This document shows positions 39,991-52,980 of a DNA stretch of 64,000 nucleotides, piece by piece; position 1 is the first letter of the stretch; the number at the start of each line of letters is the position of its first letter. This DNA is from Mobula hypostoma (Eukaryota), in the NCBI RefSeq assembly GCF_963921235.1, contig NC_086097.1, positions 243,352,001 to 243,416,000 of the forward strand, given 5' to 3'. The notes beneath the pieces are model-generated. The model made no database searches and was not told the DNA's origin. It saw only the letters and a list, made by a program, of their open reading frames with translations. Position numbers and translations under genes: made by a program.

Positions 39991-40704
39991 GTAAGCTGTC
40001 TATTTGTATTAAAGATATGTGCAAGACTTCTGTTTTGTCAGAACCTTTTGCTTGTGTTTATTTTCCTTTATGTGGTTTGACTACTTTTATGGGGCCTCCG
40101 AGTAACAAAGATGCAATAAACGACCAGTAACTCAAACGTTTTTATTGCATGTAATTTGCGGTGTACTTCAGTGAAATATTTAACAGACTTTGGGAAAAAC
40201 ATCAGTTTTCAGTTTTGAAGTAACATACGCATACAAGTGATAATTTTTATATGTTTTCATGGGATTTCTGAATGTCTGTCATGCAGTGTATCTGTATTTT
40301 TGTTCTTATGGATCTAAGTAAATGGAAAGGCATGTAAAGCCTTTTTCATGTAATGACACATCTAACTCAAACGTAACAGCTGCATGTTTTTGCCAGGCCT
40401 CAAAGGGGAAAATTATAGCTGAGGTTAAATTACATGACCTAGTATGAGACGTCAAAAGCAGACAAAAAGCATGGTCTTGAGTTAAACAAAAATGTTGCAG
40501 ATTCAGTATGTCAGGAAAATATGATTAAGTCCTTTATTGGGAAGCAAATAGTGCAATTCTGACAAACCCTGAATTATTCGGTTTGGCTTGGATCAGGGAA
40601 AATCCGGTTATTGACATAGAACATAGAATATTGCAGCAATGCACTTGCCCTTCTGCCCACAGTGTTGTGCCAACCTTTTAACCTGCTCTAAGATCAATCT
40701 AACC

Positions 40705-40784
40705 CAGGGGTTCCCAACCTGGCGTCCATGGACTCTTTGCTTAATGATATTGGTACATGGCATAAAAAAGGTTGGGAACCCCTG
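40705..40784. mobile_element. 80-bp hAT MITE
   Basis: Perfect TIR caggggttcccaacct / aggttgggaacccctg; TSD atctaacc/atcttacc. Confidence 0.85.
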
Positions 40785-40844
40785 ATCTTACCCTTAGTGG
40801 AGTTGCGCAGCGATCTGTGCTGGGACCTCTGCTGTACGTGAGTG

Positions 40845-41170
40845 AGTGAGGCCTCTGTTGGTCAGGGTCGACCATGGACGTTGTGTCCTAGCTATCTAGA
40901 TATGCAAGCCTGGGCAGTACGATACGGAGAGCAAGCTGCTGCCCTTGTAGCAAGCTCCCCCTCTCCAAGCATCTGATGAACCCATGAACCCAAAGGGACG
41001 GCAGAGACCAATACAAATGGTGCCAGCTGCGTTGCAGAACACAATGTAGAACTGTTTTCAGAACTCCAGCTCCAGAATTCTCCCTTGGGGTTTACTCCCA
41101 AAGCCTTCAGCATGAGTGGGTATAGCCACGACACCGGAGAGATTTGAGGTCAGAGCTTTCCTTCTCCATG
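40845..41170 (-). mobile_element. Non-autonomous RTE-related element, related to 50280-50884(+)
   Basis: Reverse complement shares gaaggaaa.ctctga...atacccac.catg...gggagtaaacccc...ctggagc with the 50280-50884 copy. Confidence 0.55.
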
Positions 41171-41249
41171 AAAAGGAAATTGTAGGCAGGTTAGCCTAAT
41201 CTCAGTGGTTGGGAAAGTGTTGGATGAGGTTTTGGGGTACTTGGAAACT

Positions 41250-41999
41250 TTTTCTTTTCAAATCTTTTTATTGTTATATTATACAAAAGAAATAACATGA
41301 GTACATTGAAGTAACAGCACTTACAATGTCTCAAAAAAGACATTATCTTAAAGATTGAAAAAAATTTTTGTGGTAACAAAAAAAAGCCTACCAAGCAGAA
41401 AAAGTGAGAAAAAAAAAAGAACCCATTAGGTGTACAACCCCGGAGCCATCCGTCATACAAAAAGCTTCTAAGAATAAACATCAAACCGCCAGCAAGAAAA
41501 GAAAATATACTAAAAAATTTACAATTAGATCGTGGAAAAAAACCTATCAAGTAGCTCAAATGATAATAACGAGCAAATGAGCCCCATCTTTTCTCAAAAT
41601 CAAATAAAGGTTCAAAGGTTCGACTTCTAATTTCCTCCAAACTAAGACATAGCATCACTTGAGAGAACCATTGTGACAAAGTGGGAGCTGATGCATCCTT
41701 CCACTTCAACAAAATGGCCCTCCTAGCTATCAATGTAACAAATGCAATAACATGTTGGTCAGACATAGAAATACCATGAATATTTTGAAGAATTATTCCA
41801 AAAATCACAGTTAATTTATTAGGTTGTAGACTAATTTTAAGTGCTTTAAAAATTGTTGAAAAAACCGAATTCCAGAACTGGTCCAATATAGAACAAGACC
41901 AAAACATATGTGTCAGTGTAGCTATCTCAGTTTTACATCTATTACAATGACTATCAACATTAGAAAAGATTTTAGAAAGTCTCTCCTTCATCAAATGAT
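41250..41999 (-). mobile_element. L1-clade LINE 3' end inserted in a CR1
   Basis: CNRCKTEIATLTHMFWSC zinc knuckle and ARRAILLKWK; A-rich tail; 16-bp TSD GGGGTACTTGGAAACT (41234-41249, 42000-42015). Confidence 0.9.
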
Positions 42000-44900
42000 G
42001 GGGTACTTGGAAACTAATGCTAAAATAAATCAAAGTCAGCATGGTTTTGGTAAAGGGAAATCTTGCCTGACGAATCTATTAGAGTTCTTCAAGAAAGTAA
42101 CAAACGGTGGACAAAGGAGAGGCAGTGGATGTCATTTACTTGGATTTTCAGAAGGCATTTGATAAGGTGTCACACATGAGGCTGCTCAACAAGATAAAAT
42201 CCAGTGGTTTGACAGGCAGGAGGCAGCGAGTGGGAATAAAAGGGGGCCTTTTCTGATTGGCACTGCTACTTTTCCACATTGTATGTCAATGATTTGGATA
42301 ATGGAATTGATTGTTTTGTGGCAAAGTTTGTGGATGATACAAAGACAGGTGGAGGTGTAGGTAGTGCTGAAGAAGCAATGAGATTGAAACAGGACTTAGA
42401 CAAATTGGAAGAATGGGCAAAAATGTGGCAGATGGAATACATTCTTGGAAAATGTACGACAATGCATTTTGGTAAAAGGAACAATAGTGCGGACTATTAT
42501 CTAAGTGGGGAGAAGGTTCAAACATTAGAGGTACAGAACTACTTACGAGTTCTCATGCAAGATTCCCAGAAGGTTAATTTGCAGGTTGAGTCTGTGGTAA
42601 AGAAGGAAAATGCAATGTTGGCATTTATTTCAAGGGGAATAGAATAAATTGGATTGACTGAATTGAATTGAATTGGCTTTACTACTTACATCCTTCATAT
42701 ACATGAGGAGTAAAAATCTTTATACTACGTCTCCATCTAAATGTGCAATGTGCAATTTATAATAATTTATAATAAATAGTATGTACAACAGGATAGTCAA
42801 TAATACATAGAAATACAGTTGTATCAGCGTGAATTAATCAGTCTGATAGCCTGGTGGAAGAAGCTGTCCCAGAGCCTGTTGGTCCTGGCTTTTATGCTGC
42901 GGTACCGTTTCCTGGATGGTAGCAGCTGGAACAGTTTGTGGTTGGGGTGACTCAGGTCCCCAATGATCCTTCAGCCCTTTTTGCACACCTGTCTCTGTAA
43001 ATGTCCTGAATAATAGGAAGTTCGCATCTACAGATGCGCTGGGCTGTCCACACCACTCTCTGCAGAGTCCTGCTATTGAGGGAAGTACAGTTCCCATACC
43101 AGGCAGTGATGCAGTCAGTCAGGATGCTCTCAACTGTGCCCCTATAGAAAGTTCTTAAGATTTGGGGGCCCACACTGAACTTCTTCAACCGCCTGATGTG
43201 AAAAAACAAGGAGGTAATACTGAGGTTTTATAAGACACTAGTCAGGCCCCATATCTCAGAAAGGATGCGTTCTCATTGGAGAGAGTCCAGAGGAGGTTCA
43301 CGAGGATGATTCCAGGATTGAAGGACATCCTTCTAGAACTGAGATGCGGAGAAATTACTTTAGTCAGAGGGTGGTAAGTCTGTGGAATTTGTTGCCACGA
43401 GCAGCTATGGAGGCCAAGTCAGTAGGTGTATTTAAGGCAGAGATAGATAGGTTCTTGATTAGCCAGGGCATCAAAGGGTATAGGGTGAAAGCAGGGGAGT
43501 GGGAATGACTGGATGAAGTGGATCAGCCTATGATTGAAAGGCGGAGCAGTTTCGATGGGCCGAATGGCCCACTTCTGCTTCTAAATCTTACGGTCTAACA
43601 CATGAGGAGCGCTTGGCAGTTTGGGATCTGCACTCACTGGAATTTGGAAGAATGCGGGAGGATCTCATTGGAACCTACCAAATGTTGAAAGGACTAGATA
43701 GGGCCTGTACTGTGCTGTAATGTTCTATATTCTGTGTTCTATGTTCCATGTTCTATGTTTTATTAAACAAAAACAGAAAAACATCCCTCAAGTTAAAAGA
43801 TTTGATCCTATAGATGCTGCTTGGCCTGCTGCGTTCACCAGCAACTTTGATGTGTGTTGCTAAAAGATTTGAACGCAAGTTTTTCAGCAGAATAAACACA
43901 GCAGTTTCTTCCTTTAAAACATACACACTAAGTTGAGTTGTTGATAAGGGAAGGAGATATATCCTTCTAATCACCTATGAAAAGATATTGTAACTGGTTT
44001 AATTATGTGAGGACTTACCTGACATGGTAACCTAGACAAGGGATATTCAAGCTAGCTGAGTAAAGTCAAAGATATTAAAGGGCCTGTACTGTGCTGTGCT
44101 GTTCTATGTTCTAATGCTCATAACCCTAGTCTGTTACCTCCCTTGGAGTTGGGCTGTGGGGTCATTTGAATAATTTTTTCAAAGTGTGGGTATTTATTGC
44201 CCTCCAGCTTTACTGCTGTGTATCCGTAAGACCATAAGTTTGGTTCTTCAGCAAAGGACCCTAAGATACTGCCGTGAGGACCCAACGGATTCAGTTTGGC
44301 TCTCCTCTCACCTCATCTCTTTTCCTCACCTTTCTATCACCTCCCTCTGGTTCTCCTTCCATTTCTTGTCTCCTATCAGATTCCTTCTTCTTCAGCCTTT
44401 TAGCTTTTCCACCTATCACCTCCCAGCTTCTTACCTCACACCCCTCCCCCACCCACCCACCTTCCCCCTCACCTGGCTTCACCTGCCAGCTTGTACTCCT
44501 CCTCCTCCCTTCACCTTGTTCTGGTTGCTTCTCCCTTTCTTTCCGGTCCTGATTAAGAGTCTCGGCCTGAAGCCTCGACTCCATCAAATGCTGCCTGACC
44601 TGCTGAGTTCCTCCAGCATTTTTTGTGTGTTACACCAGATTCATGGCAGGGAAAGGCTATGGAGGTTGACGGTGACCATTTCATTAAAGATGAGCTTTAG
44701 TGAAAAGCGCCGTTTGCGTTGAAGATTGTGCTGGGCAGCCCACAAATGTTACCCTGTGTCTGATGCCAATATCGCATGCCTTCAACTTACTAACCCTAAC
44801 CCATACATGATTGGAGTGTGGTTGGAAACTGGAGCATCTGGGGGAAACCCATGCAATCACAGGAAGGAAGGGCAAACTCCTTATAGGCAATGGCGGGAAT

Positions 44901-46636
44901 TGAACCCTGATCTTACAATTGGCTCTGTAAGGTGTTATGCTAACTGCTACACTGCTGTGCTGCATGGATGATCTCCGTGAAGAGGCTCCCTGCTCCCTCC
45001 TCATGTTGTAATGCACACAACAGCATCTATGGAGAGGAATAAATGTTTAACGTTTCAGGCTGAGACCCTTCATTGGGACTGGAAAAGAAGGGAGAAGAAA
45101 CCAGGATAAGAAGGAATGTAGGGGAGGGGGAAGAGTACAACTTGGCAGGTGGTAGGTGAAACCGGGTGAGGAAGAAGGGAACGAAGTGAGAAGCTGGGTG
45201 GTGATAGGTGGAAAAGGGAAGGGGCTGAAGAAGAAGGAATCTGATAGGAGAGGACAGTGGACCATGGGAGAAAGGGAAGGAGAGGAACTGGAGGGAAGTG
45301 ATAGACAGATGAGGTGAATAGAAGGCATGAGAGGCCTGAATGGGGAATGGGGAAAAGTGCTAAGTGGGAATTACCAGAAATTAGAGAAATCAATGTTCTT
45401 GTCATCAGGTCGGAGGGAACCTAGACAGGATATGAAATGTTCAACAAATGTTTTATTTAGTACTTTGATGGAATTAGCAGAAGCATACCAGGCTACAGCC
45501 CTGGCAGGTAAACACAAGAAACAGGCCCATCACGTGCTTCATACAAGGCAGTGCGGCTCGCCAAGTGTCTGAAAGCAAAGTCGCCAAACTTGCAAAAACA
45601 TGAGCAAAGTTTTAATAAAATGTCCAAGGGTTCGTGTGAAAACAATGAGTGTGATATGGGATATCTCTAAATCTGAGGCTGGATACATTTTTTAGACACA
45701 GGAGATTCTGCACATGCTGGAAATCCTGAGCAACGCATGAAATGCTGGAGGATCTCAGCAAGTCAGGCACCACCTACGGAGAGGAAAACAATGTCGACGT
45801 TTTGGGCCGAGTCCTTTCATCAGGGGTTTCCATAAATACTGAAACACAAACAAGAGAAAACCTGCAGATGCTGGAAATCTGAGCAACACACACGAAATGC
45901 TGGAGGAACTCAGCAGGCCAGGCAGCATCTATGAAAAGGAGTACAGTCAACGTTTTGGGCCTAGACCCTACAGGAGGACTCACTGCCTGACAAACTGAGT
46001 TCCACCAGTATTTTGTGGGTGTTACCCTGGATATGCTTCAGATGTACTTCCACAGGAGCAGAATATTGTCCAGCAACGTCCCAAGTCTTAAGACCAAAAG
46101 ACATAGGAGCAGAATTAAGCTACTTGACTTATTGAGTCTGTTCCACCATTCCATCATGTCTGATTTATTATTCCTCTCAGCCCCATTCTTCTACCTTCTA
46201 CCCGTAACCTTTGGTGCCATTAATAATCTAGAACCCATCAACCTCTACTTTAAGTATATCCAATGATTCAGCTGGTTGTGGCAACTGAATTCCATAGATT
46301 CACTCTCTCCTGAATCTCCATAACACATCCAAGCCAACTTTCTTACCTGCCTTTTCCTTTTAGGCTTAGGAGTGATCATGATCTGCCTATAATCAGCCCT
46401 AGAGTCATGGAGTCATAGAAAAACACAGCACAAAAAGAGGCCCTTTGGCCCATCTAGTCCATGCCAAATCATTTAGACTGCCTACTCCTGTCAACCTACA
46501 CCTGGACCATAGCACTCCAAACCCCTTCCCGTGCAGGTACCTATCCAAACTTTTCTTAAATATTGAAATCAAGCTCGCATGCTCCACTTGTGCTGGCAGC
46601 TCATTCCACACTCTCACAACCCTCTGAGTGAAGAAG

Positions 46637-47336
46637 TTTCCATCCAGGGGGTCAGTGTGGACATGGTGGAGGATTACAAATACCTAGGGATACGAGTTGA
46701 CAATAAACTGGACTGGTCAAGGAACACTGAGGCTGTCTACAAGAAGGGTCAGAGCCGTCTCTATTTCCTGAGGAGACTGAGGTCCTTTAACATCTGCCAG
46801 ACGATGCTGAGGATGTTCTACGAGTCTGTGGTGGCCAGTGCGATCATGTTTGCTGTTGTGTGCTGGGGCAGCAGGCTGAGGGTAGCAGACACCAACAGAA
46901 ACAACAAACTCATTCGTAAGGCCAGTGATGTTGTGGGGAAGGAACTGGACTCTCTGACGGTGGTGTCTGAAAAGAGGATGCTGTCCAAGTTGCATGCCAT
47001 CTTGGACAATGTCTCCCATTCACTACATAACGTACTGGTTGGGCACAGGAGCACATTCAGCCAGAGACTCATTCCACTGAGATGCAACACAGAGCGTCAT
47101 AGGAAGTCATTCCTGCCTGTGGCCATCAAACTTTACAACTCCTCCCTTGGAGGGTCAGACACCCTGAGCCAATAGGCTGGTCCTGGACTTATTTCCTGGC
47201 ATAATTTACATATTACTATTTAACTATGTATGGTTTTATTACTATTTATTATTTACGGTGCAACTGTAATGAAAACCAATTTCCCCCGGGATCAATAAAG
47301 TATGACTATGACTATGACTATGACTATGACTATGAT
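46637..47336 (+). mobile_element. Young Rex1/Babar LINE 3' end with (GACTAT)n tail
   Basis: YKYLGIRVDNKLDWS...SRLYFLRRLRSF; near-identical to 56390-57027 and 59099-59790. Confidence 0.9.
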
Positions 47337-48451
47337 TTCATCAAGAAAATACAACAGCATCTCCACATCCTGAGGACATTGAGGCAACAGAGGGTCCCCT
47401 CACTACTGCCATTATAACCAGCTTTTTTCTGGAGCACCATCGAGACTGTCCTGACCAGCATGACGGAACACTTCCCGACACTGTATTCCATCTGCCAGTT
47501 CTTTGTCCATCCTCTAGGTTTTTTTTGTAGCCTTTTTAATTCCTCAAAACTACCAGCCCCTCCACCTATCTTTGTATTGTCCGTAAACTTTGCAACAAAG
47601 CCACCAATTTCACCATCCAAAACATTGACATATAAGGTAAAGGGAATTGGTGCCAACACAGACCCCTATGGAACACCACTAGTCACGAGCAGCCAGCCAG
47701 AAAAGGCTCCCTTTATTCTCACTCTTTGCTTCCTGCCAATCAACCACTGCTTTATCCATGCTGGGATCTTTCCTATGATACCATGGGCTCGTAACTTGCT
47801 AAGCAGCCTCATCTCAAAGCTCTTCTGAAATTGACCTACTAACCAGTTTGGACCACGGGAGGAAACTAGAGCAACAAGAGGAAACCCACAAGGTCACGGG
47901 GAGAGCTCAAACTCCTTACAGATGGCGACAGGCTGTCTGTAAGGATATTGAAAACCTTGTCCTGACTGTATTTGGTTGAAGTGAATCAGATCCAGAGTAT
48001 AAAAACAAACAAGATGATTCAGGGAGATGAGAAGGCTCAAAGTAGCAACTTAAAGCTCTCAATGAAAGTTATTTCGAGCTTCAGTGTCATTGCTGAGGAC
48101 ACACAGATTGCAGTGCTATCCCATTCAGTGCAAAACTACGTACGAGATCTTCAATTTCTATAAGCACAATGCTAGGTTTTAACAGCTGATGTTAGCAAAT
48201 TATTTGAAAAATTCCCATGTGGTCAGCCAGTCAGTAAAAGCCTTCAGTAACGTCTATCTGAGTCTTTCATTTAGATAGGGAGCTAAGTGAAAATGAAAAT
48301 TAGATTGCAATCGGCTCACTGCTCCGCAAGTTTTTCTCGTCTCTGCGCTAAGCTGAGGCTGTGGCCTGCAACTAATGGATTTTTCTGCATTCACTTTTGT
48401 GAACTTTAGTTTGGAATGCTATTTGCTTACTTCAATTGTTTGCATGATTTA

Positions 48452-48972
48452 AGCCTGGTTTATACTTCGGCGTCAACGCGTCGCCGTATGTTCTGCGTCG
48501 CCGCGAACCCTACGCAAAGCTGTCGCGGATCGCTGCACGTGAGCCTGCATTGCTGTGACGCGCACCTCTCCCAAAATGTAACGGCGCATCGCGGCAACAC
48601 AGACCGTAAGAACTGTGATTGTTCCGCTTGGTAGCATTGCATTTCATCCTTTGCTGCAATAGCTTCCCATTGGGCGACTGAAGGGCAGGGAAGGAACTCT
48701 GGCTGCAATACTTTCCATAAAGCTTTACAGACCTCCAAAGTTATGGAGGACACATTTTGCTTTTACAAAAAAAGACGCTTGCTTCTGGTTTACCTCGAGG
48801 AAGACTACCATGACCATGAAGCCTTGCGCGGGCAGGTGAGTGCGAATGCGTGACGTGCGCGAATTGCAGAGCCACGCAAACACACCAACGCAGAAGGATA
48901 AATGCTCACAATGTGCGAAGGCCACTTGCGTAGGTTACGGCGTCCAGTTTACGCAGAAGTATAAATCAGGCT
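48452..48972 (-). mobile_element. PIF/Harbinger non-autonomous element with transposase remnant
   Basis: TIR agcctggtttatacttc / gaagtataaatcaggct, 3-bp TSD TTA; minus frame [27 protein letters not shown] resembles Harbinger transposase; CpG-rich. Confidence 0.88.
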
Positions 48973-49574
48973 TTAGAGTCATAGAGTACAACACAGAAAC
49001 AGGCCCTCTGGCCATCTAGTCAGAGCCAATCTATTTAAGCTGCCTACTCCCATTGACCCACACCGGGAGTTTCTTTTCTTTGCACATTGGGTGTTCAACA
49101 GTCTTTTGTTTCAACGGGTTCCTTTGGGTTTCTTTGTTTAGTGACTGGCTGTAAGGAGACAAATCTCGAGGTTGTATAAAGTATACATCCTCGGATAATA
49201 AATGTACGTCGAACTTTGATTAAAAACGTCTCCGATGGAGAAAGCAAAGTGTAAGAGTCAATGGGAATTTTAATGAATAGAGGGTAAATGGAATTCGATC
49301 CAAAGGAATGTCACATAATGTACTTAGGGAGAGTCAACAAGGCAAGGCATGGCAGTATTAACAAAACGTGTAGAAGTAAAGCAGTTTCTTGGGATTCAGC
49401 TTCAGAAGTCAAGTAGATAAGGTAGGTAAAAAAGCACCTTATAAGCTTGCTTTTATTGGAATATATGAGCAGGTAGAGAATACTGGAACCATATCAAAGA
49501 CCAGTTAGACCACAGCTGGAGTATTTTCTGTGGTTCTGTTCACTTCACTATTGAAGAATCGTATCACAGTGGGA

Positions 49575-49925
49575 GGATGAGCAGCCAGACGTCAAAGTCC
49601 ATGTTGATACCAATAACAGGGACGGGAAGGATGATGAGGTTCTACATAGTGAGTTCAGGGAGTTAGCTTCTAAGTTAAAGGACAGGATCTCCAGGGTTGT
49701 AATCTCAGGATTGCTACCATGCCACCTGCCAGAGAGTACAGAAATAGAAAGGTCCTACAGTTTACCATGTGTCTAAAGACATGGTGCAGGAAGGAAGACT
49801 TCAGATTTTTGGATCATTAGGCTCTCTTCCAGGGCAGGTGGGACTTGTACAGGAAAGAAGGTTTGCCCTGAACTGGAAGGGAACTAACATCTAAAGAAGT
49901 AGAGACACTGCCAATCTTCCTTCTT
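49575..49925 (+). mobile_element. CR1 ORF1 SGNH-esterase remnant; second copy at about 51400-51610
   Basis: VHVDTNN (decayed GTND), SEFRELASKLKDRISRVVISGLLP, WCRKEDFRFLDH and GRWDLY fragments. Confidence 0.7.
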
Positions 49926-50279
49926 AATGGCATTTACGTGCTGGGCCCAAGACAGGTCCCCTGATATACTTACACCGAGGAATTTAAAGTTACTGTTCCT
50001 GTCCAATTGTGGATCCTCGATGAGGACTGGCTCGCGGACTACTAGCTTCCTCCTGCTGAGGTCAATAATCAGCTTCTCGATCTTGTTGATGTTGATTGAG
50101 AGGCTCTGTTACAACTCAGCCAGATTTTCAATCTCTCTCCCACATGCTGACTCATCACCACCTTTGATTCAGCCTAAGATACTGATATCTCAACAAACTT
50201 AAATTTAGTATTGCAGCTGTGCTTAGCCATACAGTCATAAGTGTGAAGTGTGACAATTTTACATGCAATAGATCTATCA

Positions 50280-50884
50280 TTAATATAATGTTAAGTGTGT
50301 AATCAAGGTTCCTAAGGTTCTTATAGCCAGGGATGGTAGTGTGAATGAACTCCCACCACCTATAAAGTGCTCCAAATGGCGTGTGTCTCTAACAGCCTCT
50401 GACAACCAAGTCCAGCTCTTGGCCTTCATGTGTGGCTGAGCTACTAGGCCCAGTGGAACAGTTTCCACTGACAGGAGAAGGGGCAAAGGCGGACCACTGG
50501 CACCTCAAAACCAGTTGCTTTGGGCAGGTGGGGCTCATCAGCCTTGGACGGCAGCCTGCCTAGGAGAAGGAAAACTCTGATTTTAAACCTCCACTGCCTT
50601 GCAGCCATACCCACCCATGGGAAAGGCATCGGGAGTAAACCCCGAGGAAGAAATCTGGAGCCGGGGTCCCAAAGGCAGTTTGATGTTGTTTACAACTTCA
50701 CCCTGGCAACCTCTGCGACGACACTGGTGCCAAGCTGATACAGCTTGGACTACATCAGTGATGTGGAGATGGGGAGCAGCCGGTTCTTCAAATCTTCCCG
50801 CCCAGCCTTGCACCCTGGAGAGGTCACAGTCCACCAGAGGCACAATCCCATGATCCCCCGGATCGATGACTGCCTACTACTACG
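50280..50884 (+). mobile_element. Non-autonomous RTE-related retroposon
   Basis: RTE-type 5' UTR motif ggagaaggaaaactctga; (CTA)n tail; related to 40845-41170. Confidence 0.6.
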
Positions 50885-50990
50885 TAACCAATCTTCCAAT
50901 ACCTTTGGATTGACTCATCTTCAGTTATGATTGTGGATACAACATTATGGTGATCTGGAGTTCTCTTGTTTCCAATACTCTGTACAATGA

Positions 50991-51013
50991 TCTTCACTGT
51001 TTTTCAGGTAAGT
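50991..51013 (+). other. Abutting 3' and 5' splice signals (recursive-splice-like), or donor of an 83-nt non-coding exon (50925-51007)
   Basis: tcttcactgtttttcAG|GTAAGT in unique sequence; an upstream acceptor-like site catcttcag lies at 50924. Confidence 0.45.
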
Positions 51014-51659
51014 ACACCTACCTGTTGTGCCAGCTCCAGTCTACAGAATCAGAATCAGATTTAATAGCAGTGGAGTATGTTGTGAAATGTGTTGCTCTCC
51101 AGCAGCAGTACATTGCAAAATGTAATAAGATAAGACCATAAATTACAATAAGAAGTATATATATAAATTAAATAAAAGAGACAGAAAAAAATAGTGAGGT
51201 AGAGTTCATTAGTTCATTATCCATTCAGAAGTTAGAGAAATTGATGTACATGCCATCAGGCTGGAGGCTATCCAGAGGGAATATGAGGTGTTACTCCTCT
51301 GGTCTGAGAGTGACCTCATCGTGCCAGTAGAGGAGGCCATGGACCGACATGTCAGATTGGTGATGGGAAGAGGAATTGGAATTGGAAAGTAATCAGGGTT
51401 GCTAACTATGCCACATGCTATTGAGGACATAAACAGGAAGATCATACTGTTTACCATGTGTCCAAGGAGATGGTGCAGGAGGAAGGCTTCAGATCTTAGG
51501 ATCATTGCGCTCTCTTCCAGGGTAAGTGGGACCTGTATAGGAAAGACAGTTTGCATCCGAACTGGAAAGGGGATAACATCTAAAGAAGTAGAGGAACTGC
51601 CAAGATTGAATCCATACTGCAATTTGAGAGGGAGAAGCATAACTCACATGTATCAGTAT

Positions 51660-52980
51660 CACCAGTGAATAAAGGGAATTACAGAGGCATGAGAGAGGAG
51701 CTTGCCCAGGTGGATTGGAGGCGGATACTGGCAGGGATGACGGCAGAGCAGAGATGGCTGAAGTCTCTGGGAATAGTTCTGTGGGATAGATATGTCCCAC
51801 AGAAGAAGTTGTTCTCAAATAGCAGAGGTAGGCAACTGTGGTTGACAAGGGAAGTTAAGGACTGCATAAAAGCCAAAGAAAGGACATATAAGGTAGTAAA
51901 AGTGAGTGGGAAGTTGGATGATTCGGAAGATTTTAAAATACAACAAAAGCCAACTAAAAAAGCTATAAGAAGGGAAAAGATGAAATATGAGGGCAAACTA
52001 GCCAATAATATGATGCAGGATACAGGGAGATGAGAGTTGATATTGAACCACTGGAAAATTATGCTGGTGAGTTAGTAGTAGGGGTCAAAGAAATGGCAGA
52101 TGATTTTTTTTTAAGCGTGTCGCAGCAGTCAGTCAGCTGTTCTTGTCTGGCGCGTGGTGTCAGGATTGGTCTCTTTTCAGATTAACTGGGCCACGATATG
52201 AACATTCCTGACTTGACCTTTGTATTTTTCACGAGACCGAGTGGCTAGCTTAATGCTCAACCCGGCACGGATGATCTGGCAAATGATCCTAATAGGTACT
52301 TTGCATCTGTCTTCACTGTGGAAGATACCAGCACTGTGCCAGATGTCCGTGAGTGTCAAGAAGCAGAAGTGAGTGCCATTGCTATTACAAAGAAAAAACG
52401 TGCCAAGCCATCTAAAAGTTCTTAAGGTGTATAAGTCACCTGGATCAGCGGGACTACATCCCAGGGTCCCGAGAGAGGTTGCTGAAGGGGTAACAGATGC
52501 ATTGGCCAAGATCTTTCAAGAATCACTTGATTCTGGAATGGTTCTGGAGGACTGGAAGACTGCAAATGTTGCTCCACTCTTTAAGAAGGGAGGAAGGCAA
52601 AAGGAAGGAAATTATAGGCCAGTTAGTCTAACCTCAGTGGTTGGGTAAGTGTTGGAGTCTAATATTAAGGATGAGGTTTTGGGGTACTTGGAGACTAATG
52701 ATAAAATAAGTCAAAGTCAGCATGGTTCCTGTGAAGGGAAATCTTACCTGACAAATCTGTTAGAGTTCTTTGAGGGAGTAACAAGCAAGGTGGACAAAGG
52801 AGAGGCAGTGGGGCCATTTATATGGATTTCCAGAAGGCATTTGATATGGTACCATACAAGAGGCAGTTTAACAAGATAAAATCCTATGGTGTTATAGGAA
52901 AGATACTGGCATGGACAGTGAATGGCTGACAGGAAGGAGGCCGCAAGTGGGAATAAAGGGGCCCTTTTCTGGTTGACTCG
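51660..52980 (+). mobile_element. CR1 ORF2 fragment containing a 173-bp retroposed insert (52104-52276)
   Basis: NYRPVSLTSVVG and SQHG...LTNLLEFFE motifs; the insert has a minus-strand A-tail and TSD tggcagatga/tggcaaatga. Confidence 0.85.

Noticed and set aside
44208..44225. 18-nt exon-like unit ccctccag|ctttactgctgtgtatcc|gtaaga
   Set aside because: Short pyrimidine tract and weak exonic donor context; readily expected by chance in 64 kb.
50330..50500. HDV-like ribozyme in the RTE-related 5' region
   Set aside because: I could not thread a consistent nested double pseudoknot by eye; it needs a motif search.
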